NCBI RefSeq assembly: GCF_009914755.1
Contig: NC_060930.1
Strand: one strand, 5' to 3'
DNA length: 64,000 nt
From: the human T2T-CHM13v2.0 reference genome, Homo sapiens
Of this stretch, positions 50,748 to 64,000 are shown piece by piece. Each line of letters opens with the position of its first letter. Position 1 is the stretch's first letter. The notes beneath the pieces are model-generated. The model was not told where the DNA came from and searched no databases. It worked only from the letters and a program-made list of their open reading frames with translations. Position numbers and translations under genes: made by a program.

Positions 50748-50796
<49 letters not shown>

Positions 50797-50960
50797 ATCA
50801 TGATTAATGGAAGGAAGTCAAATATCACCATTAACAGGAGTTTGGAAGAAGTTGATTCCAAACCTAATGGGTGACTTTGAGGGGTTCTAGGCTTCAGGGG
50901 AGGAAAGAATCACAGATGTGGTAAAAATAACAAGAGAACTAGAGTTAGAAGTGGAGTCTG

Positions 50961-51245
50961 GGCTGGGCGCGGTAGCTCACGCCTGTAATCCCAGCACTTT
51001 GGGAGACCAAGGCGGGCGGATGACAAGGTCGGGAGATCGAGACCATCCTGGCTAACACGGTGATACCCCATCTCTACAAAAAATACAAAAAAAAAAAATT
51101 AGCCAGGCGTGGTGGCGGGGGCGTGGAGGCTGAGGCAGGAGAAGGGCATGAACCCAGGAGGCGGAGCTTGCAGTGAGCCGAAATGGTGCCACTGTACTCC
51201 AGCCTGGGCGACAGAGCGAGACTCCGTTTCAAAAAAAAAAAAAAA
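50961..51245 (+). mobile_element. AluY with internal ~20 bp deletion, inside Tigger1
   Basis: Y diagnostics (gaccatcctggctaacacgg, gcggagcttgcag); perfect TSD AGAAGTGGAGTCTG at 50947-50960 and 51245-51258. Confidence 0.92.
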
Positions 51246-51770
51246 GAAGTGGAGTCTGAAGATGTGACAATTGCTGTAATCTCACAATAAAACTTGAACG
51301 CATAAGAAGTTGCTTCTTATGGATGAACAAAGAAAGCAGTCTCTGGAGATGGAATCTTTTCCTGATGAAGGTGCTATGAACAATGTTGAATGACAAAGAG
51401 GAATTTAAAATATTAAATAAACCTAGTTGATTAAGCAGTGCCGGGGTTTGAGAGGATTGACACCAATTTTGAAAGAAGTTCTATGTGAGTAAAATGCTAT
51501 CAGACAGCATTGAATGCTACAGAGAAATCGTTCGTGAAAGGAAGTGTCAACCAATGTGGCAACCTTCAGTGTTGCCTTAACAAATTGCCACAGCCACCTC
51601 AACCTTCAGCAACCACCAACCTAACCAGTCAGCAGCCATCCACATCCAGACAAGACTCTCCACCAGCAGAAAGATTATGACTCACTGAAGTCTCAGATGA
51701 TTGCTGGCAATTTTTAGCAACAAAGTATTTTTAAATTATGCAAGTTTTTTAAGCCATAATGCTATTGCAC

Positions 51771-51915
51771 ACTTAATAGAGTATATATGGTATAGTATAA
51801 ACTTAATAGAGTATATACGGTATAGTGTAAACTTATAGAGTATGTATGGCATAGTGTAATAGACTATATACGGTATAGTGTAAACTTAATATGAGTATAT
51901 ATGGTATAGTGTAAC
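51771..51915. repeat. Minisatellite, ~30 bp x5, from the Tigger1 subterminal region
   Basis: acttaatagagtatata(t/c)ggtatagtgtaa units. Confidence 0.9.
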
Positions 51916-52070
51916 CTTTATGTGCATTTAGAAACCAAAAAACAAATGTGTGACTTGTTTTACTATGATATTTGCTTTATTGTGGTGGTCTGGAACCAAA
52001 CCTGTGATATCTCTGAGTTATGCCTATATAGAAGTAAAACAGAGCTTAATTAAAGACAAAAACTATTCCC

Positions 52071-52400
<330 letters not shown>

Positions 52401-53353
52401 CTAACTAGCTCTGGACTAATCCAATTTGTACACTACCTTTAAAAGTTCCTTAAGCACTATGTTAACAATAAGGAGTAACAAAAGTCATATTAAACTGATA
52501 CTACCCCAAATTTGTAAATCCATTTTGTAAAACCCTCCTTGTATTGTTGAATGTTTTATTGTTTACTTTTTGTATGATTGCTTATTGTTACATAGTTCTC
52601 TGCTGGGGTTTTGAATCTCTTAACACATCTTTTAGAGATTCTTAGTTTCACAGCTTCTGAAATGACAACACAGCTAAAACAGAAGAAAATACAGTATCAA
52701 ACCCCTGCTGGTGTGATTCTGTATAGCTTACCCAGAATGGAAACATTGTGTTTATAAATTTGCATATCAACCCCAACCTGTGTAGGGATATCAATTGCTT
52801 CCTGTAGCTGTTCTTCTCTGTTTTCCTGAAAGTAAGGCATGCCAATGGAGTATGCCAGTGAGCTACTATCTTTTCTCTCCACACACACACAGGAATTATG
52901 CTAACCATTTAACTTCAATCTGTCTAGGAAACAGATTTCTTTTAATTAGAAGATTTGAGAGCAGGTGTAATGCTTACTATTAATAAAACAAATGATAAAT
53001 CAATGCAAGATTTTAGTTAGAACTAATATATTTCTAATAAGTTTATTTTGACAAGTATATAATATGCTATCATCTCTGATTCTGATTAATACATTGATCA
53101 TCAAATGAGACACGAATGTGGAATGCATTATCTCAGGTATCCTATTTCAAGGGCTTCAATTGTGGCAATTGAATATAATCATTTCAGTGCCTTGTAATTG
53201 TCAATGTCTGATCCACAAATATGATATATGCCTGAAAAGATGCATTGTAAACAGTATCAGGGTAAAGCCTCAATAAATTAGTAGCTTCTAGCTACTGGCA
53301 TTTGAATCCAATAAAAAAGAAGCACTAAGGAAGATAGTTTTAAAAACGGATCT

Positions 53354-53648
53354 GGCTGGGTGCAGTTACTCATGCCTGTAATCCCAGCACTTTGGGAAGC
53401 TGAGGTGGGTGGATCACCTGAGGTTAGGAGTTCGGGACCAGCCTGACCAATATGGTGAAACCCTATCTCTACTAAAAATACAAAAATTATCTAGGCGTGG
53501 TGGCGTGCAGCTGTAGTCCCAGTTACTTGAGAGGCTGAGACATGAGAATTGCTTGAAACCGGGAAGTGGAGGTTGCAGTGAGCCAAGATCACGCTACTGC
53601 CGCCAGCCTGGGAGACAGAACGAGACTCCCTCTCAAAAAAAAAAAAAA
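53354..53648 (+). mobile_element. AluS
   Basis: Dimer; approximate TSD AAAA(C)GGATCT. Confidence 0.9.
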
Positions 53649-53826
53649 GGATCTAGGTTCTGGAATAACATGACCATAATGTGGAACAAAAGATTCAGTT
53701 TAGAGAGGACCATGCCCACAGCTGCCACCAGCAAGGCCAGGACACTGCAACACTGTCTTACATATTCAAGGCTGATCATGAGTGCTATGGGCATGTTGGA
53801 GTTGTGGCTGCAAGAAATGCAGTTCT

Positions 53827-54322
53827 CAGAGTGTGATGTTCCCCTTCCTGTGTCCATGTGTTCTCATTGTTCAATTCCCACCTATGAGTGAGAATATGCG
53901 GTGTTTGGTTTTTTGTTCTTGCGATAGTTTACTGAGAATGATGATTTCCAATTTCATCCATGTCCCTACAAAGGACATGAACTCATCATTTTTTATGGCT
54001 GCATAGTATTCCATGGTGTATATGTGCCAGATTTTCTTAATCCAGTCTATCATTGTTGGACATTTGGGTTGGTTCCAAGTCTCTGTTATTGTAAATAGTG
54101 CCGCAATAAACATACGTGTGCATGTGTCTTTATAGCAGCATGTTGTGGGGTGGGGTGGGGGGAGGGGGGAGGGATAGCATTGGGAGATATACCTAATGCT
54201 AGATGACGAGTTAGTGGGTGCAGCGCACCAGCATGGCACATGTATACATATGTAACTAACCTGCACATTGTGCACATGTACCCTAAAACTTAAAGCATAA
54301 TAATAATAAATAAATAAATAAA
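53827..54322 (+). mobile_element. 5'-truncated, 5'-inverted L1PA2-like fragment (inverted part 53827-54142, sense part 54141-54322)
   Basis: Antisense ORF2 C-terminus/3'UTR joined to sense 3'UTR; GAG diagnostic at 54208-54210; TSD AAGAA(A/C)TGCAGTTCT at 53812-53826 and 54323-54337. Confidence 0.93.
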
Positions 54323-54705
54323 AAGAACTGCAGTTCTTTCTACACTGTGTGTAAGAAAGAAGTTTTGACTTCTGGTTGCAGCAATCATTAGCAGAACCTA
54401 CATCTACTAAAAAAGATGCAGCCTATTTTTAATGCGATACCGCCAAGATCTGAATTGCCTTATGGTCTGACTTGCCCATTGCTTTCAGAAACCAGGCCTG
54501 AGCATCAAAAGTATATTCACATTTCTAAATACTTTAAGAATTATCTGAAATGTTCTTGGACCCTTAACTTAATGTGCACCTTTACTAGTACAAGTCATCT
54601 AGAGCTGCTTTGGACAGAAGTGCTAAAGGAACATAGGATAAGCTTTACAGAAATGTCCCATCTCCATCCAAACTCTACTCCTTGCTATAAATGTGTATTA
54701 AATAT

Positions 54706-54793
54706 TTATATATTCTGGATAAAAGTTCTTTATACTTTGTGGGTAAAAGTTGTATGTTCTGAATAAAAGTTCCTTATACTTTGTGGGTAAAAG
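54706..54793. repeat. 44-bp tandem duplication
   Basis: ttctg(g/a)ataaaagttc(t/c)ttatactttgtgggtaaaag, twice. Confidence 0.88.
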
Positions 54794-55026
54794 ACATTTT
54801 TTGAAGAAATTCACAAGGTAACTTTAAATTTCATATAGAAATACAAAGGACCTAGACTAGCTGAAACAACTTTGAAAAACAACAAAGTTAGAAGATGAAC
54901 ACAGCCTAATTTCAAGATTTATTTTAAAACTACAATAATTAAGATGGTGTGCTATGGTGTTAAGATAGACAAAGAAATAGACTAGAGAGTCCAGAAATAG
55001 ACTAGAGTCCAGAAATAGACCCATAC

Positions 55027-55379
55027 TGTATTTGTCTGTTTTCACACCACTCTAAAGAATACCTGAGAATGGGTAATTTATGAAGAAAAATGGCTTGACT
55101 TACAGTTCCCTATACCTGGAGAGGTCTCAGGAAACTTACAATCATGGTAGAAGGTGAAAAGGAAGCAAAGACCTTCACATGGTGACAGGGGAGAGACAAG
55201 GGGAAACTGACAGACACTTTTAAACCATCAGATCTCATGAGAAATCCCTCACTATCACAAGAACAGCATGGGGGAAACAACTCCCATGATCCAATCATCT
55301 CTCACCAGCTACCTCCCCCAACAAGTGAGGATTACAATTTGAGATGAGATTTAGGTGGGGACAGAGCCAAACCATATCA
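55027..55379. mobile_element. MaLR solo LTR (MSTA/THE1-like)
   Basis: TG...CA ends; typical tgtatt.gtctgttttcac..tgggtaattta and gagatttaggtggggaca motifs; 5-bp TSD CATAC at 55022-55026 and 55380-55384. Confidence 0.88.
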
Positions 55380-55550
55380 CATACACAATAACAAATTGGA
55401 GGTTTTCTGGACAACTATTCTAGGAAAATTCAATGGAAAAATGAAAAACTTTTCAATAACTGGTGCTAGAAAAAAAAATCCATATGCAAAAAAGTGAAAC
55501 ATAACATTTGATTCACATACACCAAAAAATTAACTCAAAAGTGAATCACA

Positions 55551-55847
55551 GGCCGGGTGCGGTGGCTCACACCTGTAATCCCAGCACTTTGGGAGGCCGA
55601 ACCAGGTGGATAACATGAGGTCAGGAGTTTGAGACCAGCCTGGCCAACATGGTGAAACCCTGTCTCCACTAAAAATACAAAAATTAGCCAGGTGTGGTGG
55701 CACCTGCCTGCAATCCCAGCTACTCAGGAGGCTGAGGCACAAGAATCGCTTGAGCCAGGGAGACGGAAGTTGCTGTGAGCAGGGATCACACCTCTGCACT
55801 ACAGCCTGGGCAACAGATCAAGACTCTGTCTCAAAAAAAAAAAAAAA
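55551..55847 (+). mobile_element. AluS
   Basis: Dimer inside L1M. Confidence 0.9.
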
Positions 55848-56113
55848 TGGATCACAGAGACAAATATAAAAATAAAATTGTACAACTTCTAGAAGAAGGC
55901 ATAGAAGAAAATGTTACTGACTTTGGATTGGGCAAATATGTTTTAACTAGGACCCAAAAAGAAAAAATTGACTGGATGTCATCAAAATGTTAAAAGTTTG
56001 CTAAAAAATTTTGCTATTTAAAAAACACTGTTAAGGAAATGAAAAGCTAGCCTACAAATTAGGAGAAAATATTTGCACTAACATGTAACTATAAAGGTTT
56101 GTATACAAAGTGT

Positions 56114-56245
56114 TTGTTCTTTTTTTTTTTTTTTTTTTTTTTTTAGAGACAGGGTCTCACTCTGTCATTCAGGCTGAAATGCAGTGGCATGGTTATAGCT
56201 TACTGTAACCTCAAACTCCTGGGCTCAAGCAATCCTCTTGCCTTA
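56114..56245 (-). mobile_element. AluJ 3' fragment
   Basis: T-tract plus partial right arm. Confidence 0.8.
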
Positions 56246-56815
56246 ATCATTGCTTATGGGAATGCAAATGGATCTGCCACTTTGGAAAAAAATTATAAAG
56301 CAGTTCTTTATAAAGTTAAATATACACATACTATATGTCCCAGCAATTCCACTGTTAAGTACTTACCCAAGAAAAATGAAAGTAAAATTTGTGCTCAAGT
56401 TCAGAGCTGCTTTATTTTTAATGTCAGTAATTGTGAAAAACTAGAAAGAACTCAAATACCTATCAACTGGTGAAGGGATTAAATAATAAGTGAAATATTA
56501 TTTAGCAACAAATAAGAATGAACTGATAACAAACAATAAGATGTTACAAAAAGCATTATATTAAATGAGAGAACCAGACAAAAAAGACTATAAAGTTCCA
56601 TGTATATGAATTTCTAGAAAAGCCAGACTATAGTGATAAAAAGCAGATCATTATTACCATGGAGTAAAGAGGCAGGTGAAGGAAGTCACTGCCAAGAGGC
56701 CCACTGCAACTTTTAGTCGTAATGGAAATGTTCTATATCACGATTGTGGTAGTTGTCACAGAGCTGCATATGTTTGTCACAATTTATCAAATTATACGCT
56801 TAAAATTGAATTTTA

Positions 56816-57442
<627 letters not shown>

Positions 57443-57674
57443 TAAATTATGCCTCAATAAAGCTAACAAAAAATAGGAGGTTGCAATCAATCCCATGTAT
57501 ATCCTATGTGGACATGCAGGTGCCTCCTCATTACTACAGTTCATATCCAGGAAAAGCTTTCCAGAAGCTTTATTTTTAGACTGGTGGAATTCACAGTGCA
57601 AAATATCAGCCTCAACTCAAAAAAAGTCACCTAGCAATATATTAAGTTAAAAATATTATTTTACAAATGCTCCT

Positions 57675-57780
57675 ATTTATTTTTTTATTTCCATAGGTTT
57701 TTGGGGGAACAGGTGGTGTTTGGTTACATGAATAAGTTCTTTAGTGGTGATTTCCGAGATTTTGGTGCACCCATCACCCT
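57675..57780 (-). mobile_element. Short L1PB 3' terminal fragment
   Basis: Reverse-complement similarity to the 3' end of the L1PB at 5620-5710 (gggtgcaccaaaatctc..aaatcaccact). Confidence 0.75.
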
Positions 57781-58142
57781 TTATTGTAATCAGAATAATG
57801 TAAAATTCTTCCTTGAGTTTAGATGTCAGGGTTACATAATATATGTAATTTGTGGACATAAGTATGGACTCTTCCGTAACAACGATTGTGGAGTTACTGG
57901 TCCCGGTTGATATTCTATTCTAGGAAAACTACTTTAAGTTTTCTACTTGCTAGGCCTCTTCAAAACAGTGAGCAGGAGTGATATCAAGAAATAAACTGCT
58001 CTGATGCCTTACTTCTATCTCAGAATAGCGAGCAAATTAATCAATGAAATTTTTCCAAAAGGTTATGGACATAGACAAATAAAATGAAGAGACATCAAGT
58101 GAATGTTTGAGCCATGTGGCAATGTCTTAAAGCAGACACACC

Positions 58143-58445
58143 TTTTTTGTTTGTTTGTTTGAGACAGAGTCTCACTCTGTTGCCCAGGCTGGAGTACAGT
58201 GGCGTGATCTCGGCTCACTGCAAACTCTGCCTCCCAGGTTTACTTACACCATTCTCCTGCCTCAGCCTCCCGAGTAGCTGGGATTACAGGCACCCGCCAC
58301 CACGCCCGGCTAATTTTTTGTATTTTTAGTAGAGACGGGGTTTCACTGTGTTAGCCAGGATGGTCTCGATCTCCTGACCTCATGATCCACCCGCCTAGGC
58401 CTCCCAAAGTGCTGGGATTACAGGCGTGAGCTACCGCACCTGGCC
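58143..58445 (-). mobile_element. AluY
   Basis: Y diagnostics; TSD AAGCAGAC(A/T)CAC. Confidence 0.9.
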
Positions 58446-58637
58446 AAGCAGACTCACATTTTCTATTCATGGACATTTAATCTATGATGGACCAAATGAC
58501 TACAGACATGAGAAAACAATATGTGAGTATAGTCTGTTGGCTGGCAAGTCTAAAATACAGGATTCTATATTTACAAACATGGACATTAGCCAGTTATGAT
58601 TATAGAAAAAATGACTGGCAGATCGAAAATGCTATAA

Positions 58638-58950
<313 letters not shown>

Positions 58951-61483
58951 TGTATTTTAAAAAGATACAAAATGATGTGTACATATCTCAATGATTTTTT
59001 AATACACACAGGAGATCAAAAGACATACATAAAAATGTTAACAGTGATTGTCGATGCGTATTTTTTATTCCTTTCTATAATTTCCAAATTTTTATGAGAA
59101 CATATTATTTTCATTATATTGACTTTAAGTAGACAGAAAGGAACACAAATAACACATCAGTGAGTTCATCACGACAGGCAATTTGTTTCACTCTACTAAG
59201 CTTACTATTTATACTTCAAGTGTTCCTTACTAGGGAAGAACTTTCACCTTGCACATAACGGTGTGACCTGCAAATAGTTCAGCTTCTACAAAATTCAAGT
59301 CAGTTGAGCAAGACAGCAATGGCTGGGAACACTTAACCACCAGGGCAGGTAATTCAGCACCTTAATATCAACAGTGCTCAGAAATGGAAACTTCCTCATT
59401 GTAAATGGCTTCTTCAAATGCTACATTCAGTTTGACACAAAGATAGTTCCCCGTGACAACAAGCTTATTAGTGTATTTTTAATATGAGGTAAAGGTATAA
59501 AACCATAGAAGTCATTTTCTTGAAAGTAAATGCAGAACAAGGCATTATCTGTTATAGAAGCATATGAAATGTGTTGAAAATTTACAAAGAAAACTGATGC
59601 TGTGGGAAATTTTAAGTACATTTCACATTGACAATCCAAAATATGAGAAAAATGTCTGGTGCATGTTTTGGGGAATGTTCATCCAAGATAACAGACTTTG
59701 AATATAAACAAGTACCTAGAAAACATTTTTGAATTACTAAAAACGGTATCTGTTCTTTTAAAAATGTACGGATTTGTGAAATAAATACCAGAAAATACCT
59801 GAAGGGGTGTAGTTATTGAGCTGGGCTACAAAGCTATGCATTTTACCTAAGACACTCTACTGACAAAAATACAAAATGGAAAAGCCTGACTTTTTGCAAG
59901 GAAAAATAAACCACAGGGGATCCAACTCAATCACAAAACATTATGCATTATGTAACATATTCATTTGAACCATTCCCTGAAATACAAACAATTGCTTCAT
60001 CAAAGAGGTAATAATAATATCAAATATTTGCTGAAATAGTATCTAATATTTGCTGAATTTATAGTATACACCAATGACTATTCTAAGAACTGATGTTTTG
60101 TATTAATTCATGGAATATCTACACATAGGAAATAGTATTTTTCTTCTGACTCTATCCAGAATTGACAAAGCGGATGGTTGGCTACTCTTGACCACTTCTC
60201 CCTAAGTCTATATCAAAAAAATTTTAATTAAGTGGTAATATGGGTTTTTTTTTTTAAATCTCATGCAACAAATTAATACTTTCAAAATTACCCTTAAAAC
60301 CAGGGGAAATGCTCTCATCAAATATTCCTTGGAATTATTCAAATCCTACCTGACATTTTTCTGACTGGTCATTGCTCTATATTATTAAGTACATTTTGTC
60401 AAAGTATTTATCATTGTTCATTAGCACTATTCTATGTACTTATTGTCACAGATTAGTGTCTGTCTAGAACAATGTCTACCTACCTCATTTGAATATAATG
60501 CTTTTTCCAAAGACTAAAAGCTCCTGGAGACTAGGGACCAGTTTTATCTTTATTTGGGTGGGGATTGGGGGGCAGAACAGTGCTGTACACTGTAGGTGGT
60601 TCAGTTGCTTTGAGCTGAAGTCCATTAAGCACTAATGTTTGAAAAGAATTTTCTTCACCTTAGCATGCAGTCAAATAACCTTGAAAGAGTCTCAGGTGTG
60701 AGGCAATATTAAAAGTGCAAGGCTGCCTGCACAGGTAATTAATAGAAAGAAAGCAGGACTCAGCTCATTCCCTGGGAAAATTCAGTAGTGGCATCTTTAG
60801 TAGAGCAAAAATCAGTTTTCAAGTACAGTATTAAATGACCTTCCTTCCTGCTCTGGCTCGAAGTAAATTAAATTAAGAGGCGTCAAACATGCACCCTCCC
60901 ATGTGACATGTTCAGGCCCTGCTTGGGCTCATTACCAAGTAGGAAACTTTGGGCACATCTGTGTGCCTTGCCTGGCCTCATTTTCTCTTTCTGTCAGTTG
61001 GAGTAACCTCAAGAGGTCTTAATGAGGCCACGTAAGTAATGCACTTCCTCACTTAGTGAGCACTCAATCAATGGTAGCCAGCTAATCATTACCTCTCAGT
61101 AGCCTGTTGGTGGAGCAAAACATTGATGTTTGGTTTCACAGCAGACTTTGGAAGATAGCTCTGTTAGTGAAAGAGAGGGCTTCTCTTAGCCTGAGGAATG
61201 ACTGAGCCAAAGGCTGTGATGGCCCGGTACTGTTCATCTGGTGAATTCTGTATGGAACACCCTCAAAGACTTAATATTCGCAAAACAGCTTTTTCCTGCC
61301 CACCCCCAATCCCCACCCCAGCGAGAATGTTCGCCTTTTTCTAGCTGTGGGGCACTAGGCAGACTCCTCTTCCAGTAGCTCCAGAGATGAGCCCCACAGG
61401 TCCCAGCCACAGTTCAGCCCCTGCTCCAGCTGTGGTGACCTTGAGCCCTCTCTCAAAAGCCTGACGGTCAGGCTCAGGAGTTG

Positions 61484-61987
61484 GAGTTAGAGTTTACCAA
61501 AGAAATGAACCAATAGGATATATATAGAGAGAGCGCGAGAGATAAGAAAATACATTATGGGAATTGACTCCCGTGATTATGGAAGATGAGAGGTCCCACA
61601 ATCTGCCATCTGCAAGCAGAAGAACCAGGAAAGCCAGTAGTGTAATTCAGTACAAGGCCCAAGGCCTGAAGACTAAGCAAGCCAACGGTGTAAGTTCTGG
61701 GGTTTCAAGACCCAAGGAGCAGGAATTCTGAGGTCCTAGGGCAGAAGTTGGCCGTCCCAGCTCAAGAAGATTCACCCCTTTTCTGCCTTTTTGTTCTATC
61801 TGGGCCCTCAAGGATTGTATGGTGCTCACCCACATTGATGAGAGTGGATCTTCTTCACTCAGTCCATGAATTCAAATGCTAATCTCTTCTGCAGATACCC
61901 TCACAGACATAGCCAGAAATGATGCTTTACCAGATATCTGGGCATCCTGTAGCCCAGTCAAGTTGACACATGAAATTAACCATCACA
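61484..61987 (-). mobile_element. MLT2 (ERVL) LTR
   Basis: Ends ...ccagtcaagttgacacatgaaattaaccatcaca, the reverse complement of the MLT2 start TGTGATGGTTAAT. Confidence 0.82.
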
Positions 61988-63469
61988 GTGTGGGTATTGC
62001 AGGGAGAGAAACTGTGTAAAGGCTGGGAGGTTACAGTTACAGTGTATAAGTAGTTCTACGCTGGCCAGGGAATAGAATGGATGTAGTCCACGGTTTCTAG
62101 TTTCCATGGCTGAATGGTGGTGTCACTCAATGCTGAGCCTCAGTTTCCTCAAGTAGGCACATTTACCATCATAACACCTGCCTTGCCAACCTCAACATGT
62201 TATTTGATAATCAGAGAAGCTAAGAGACTCACAAAAGTATATTTTGGAAATAAAAGTGCTCATTATTTTTTCAAGACACTATTTGAAAAATATTCAAGAG
62301 ATGTATCTCCCAGCTTCCTTGAGAATCTTAGACAAGTCACTGGACTCAGTTAGCTTGTCTGGAAAATGGGAATAACAACTCCATCTCACTAGGTTATTGT
62401 GAGACATGAAAATACAAATACTGTTTGCCTTCTGCAAATCCCAAAGTCAGCAAAATGTATATTAATTAATTAAATGTATCTCCCAAGGAGCAAACTTGAA
62501 GTTTCTGAGACATAATACAAGAGCCAGAAGTCTTTCTATTCCAATATATTAAAGCAGCATTTGTACTTCTGCCTCGCCCCCGGCCATTCCCGGCTGCATC
62601 TGTGGCACATGCTTTCTTTAATCTCACACAGTTTTCCTTCAATGAAGTTGGAAGATCGAATCCAATGTTTTGCCATTCCTTGCTCCCTTTTTTTTCTTTA
62701 GGTTGTTCTTTTCCTAACAGATTTTCTATACCCTATCATACCCCATGCCTTAGGAATTAAGAGTTGCCCCAAACAGTCCTTTGGGTAAAGCTCTGCACCC
62801 AGCATGCTTTGGCCCTGCTCATTCACAGACGGCTGTGCCTGGATATGTTTGCTCCAGGGGTGGCTTAGGACCCATGAAGTTCTTGTTTCCCTTGGAGATT
62901 AGAATTGCAAGGTTCACATGGGGTGCATTCAGCTCACACATACTTTCACACGTACTTTCGGTCTCTGTAAAAATTAAAATGCAGCAGGTATTGTTCCTGC
63001 AAATCTCTATGCAAAAACATTCTGCCCGCGCTGGCCAAGGAAATCAAGCCCATTATAGCTCCTTGTGCTCATCCTTCCTTCCAAGAAGAGAGGTCTCATA
63101 CATATTAGGCTGCTGTAAACAGCAAGAAGATTGTTTTTAAATACATTCTTTTTGGCTTTTAAGTCTCTTTGGCTTTTGAATATGAGTGAATTAATATGGT
63201 CTTTGACATCACAAGAGTAAAAACAAACCACTGAAAAATGAGTAGTGAAGATTTGAATAGAACTAAATATTCCAAATCTGATCAGAAAATGCTTGTCAAT
63301 CCCTCTGGTGTTTCTCCCCGTATCTAACATCTCCCAAACCATATATTCTTCCCAATAATACCAAAAAGAGAAAAAAGATATTTAACCTATAGAATCATAT
63401 AGAGTGTGAATCTTAAAACATTAATTTCTCTCAAAGTAAATCTAGTGCCTATGGGCACTAGCAGCAGAG

Positions 63470-63950
63470 CATAGCTGCTAACACCTTCGTCCAACAAATC
63501 GAGGTTTAAATCCTGGTCCTGCTCCTTGGTATCTAATGACCTTAATTAAAGTGTTGTAATATTTCTGAGGTATTGGGATTTGATTAGAGGCATCCACTGG
63601 CAATAATTTGAGCAATGCTTTGACTACATCATTCCAGGTACTGCTCAGCAACAATTCAGAGAATTCATCCTTAAGATTCTGTTCTTTTCGAAACACATCC
63701 AGTACCAAAATCTGTATCAGACAGTGCTCACTTAGAGAAGCAGCACCAGTGGGAGGTAGATGATAAAATGATAAATAGATTATGTAGGTAGGTAGATAAT
63801 TCATTACAGAAAATTAGCTTACTATCGTGGAGGCTGACTAAGCAAGTCCAACATCCCTAGCCCAGGGAACCAGGAAGGAAAGATCATGAGCAGAATGAAA
63901 CTCACGGGCACAGGCCAGCACTGTCATCCACAGACAGAATTTCATCTCTT
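63470..63950 (-). mobile_element. ERVL internal start plus MLT2-type LTR fragment
   Basis: Reverse complement reads LTR end followed by GATTTTGGTACTGG (ERVL internal start) at about 63700-63713. Confidence 0.6.
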
Positions 63951-63966
63951 TGTAACAAAAACCTGG

Positions 63967-64000
63967 GGTCAGGCGCGGTGGCTCACGCCTGTAATCCCAG
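63967..64000 (+). mobile_element. Alu 5' end (runs off the window)
   Basis: ggtcaggcgcggtggctcacgcctgtaatcccag. Confidence 0.85.

Noticed and set aside
50617-50874. ORF with a poly-lysine run
   Set aside because: Translation of an Alu arm and its A44 tail.
51771-51915. ~30-bp repeats as a CRISPR-like array
   Set aside because: Head-to-tail units with no unique spacers, no cas genes, and a mammalian context.

Overview
Human (primate) genomic DNA, AT-rich and dominated by transposable elements. I cannot identify any host protein-coding exon or name the host locus, and it looks intronic or intergenic. The centrepiece is a full-length young LINE-1 on the + strand (~44524-50586). It is L1HS-Ta with Ta-0 diagnostics and has an intact 5'UTR, ORF0, ORF1 (338 aa), ORF2 (1275 aa), poly(A) and a 17-19 bp TSD. 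It sits in the linker of an old AluJ, which sits inside a full-length decayed Tigger1 DNA transposon (42223-52026). Relative to the L1HS consensus as I recall it, this copy has several variants of likely functional or diagnostic interest: ORF1p P28L (S27 phospho-motif), a stronger-looking antisense splice donor in ORF0, and a T>G beside the Ta-diagnostic G. Also present: a twin-primed 5'-inverted L1PA2 fragment in a palindromic target, older truncated L1s, about 25 Alus (two cases of tail-to-tail double insertion into one target site), MER20/MER5A/MER44/MER45, MSTA/MLT2/ERVL, MIR/L2 relics, microsatellites and short tandem duplications. A few CpG-retaining unique segments may be enhancers or minus-strand exons. 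I see no evidence for a wholly new biological system; the novelty is in this L1 allele and its surrounding architecture.
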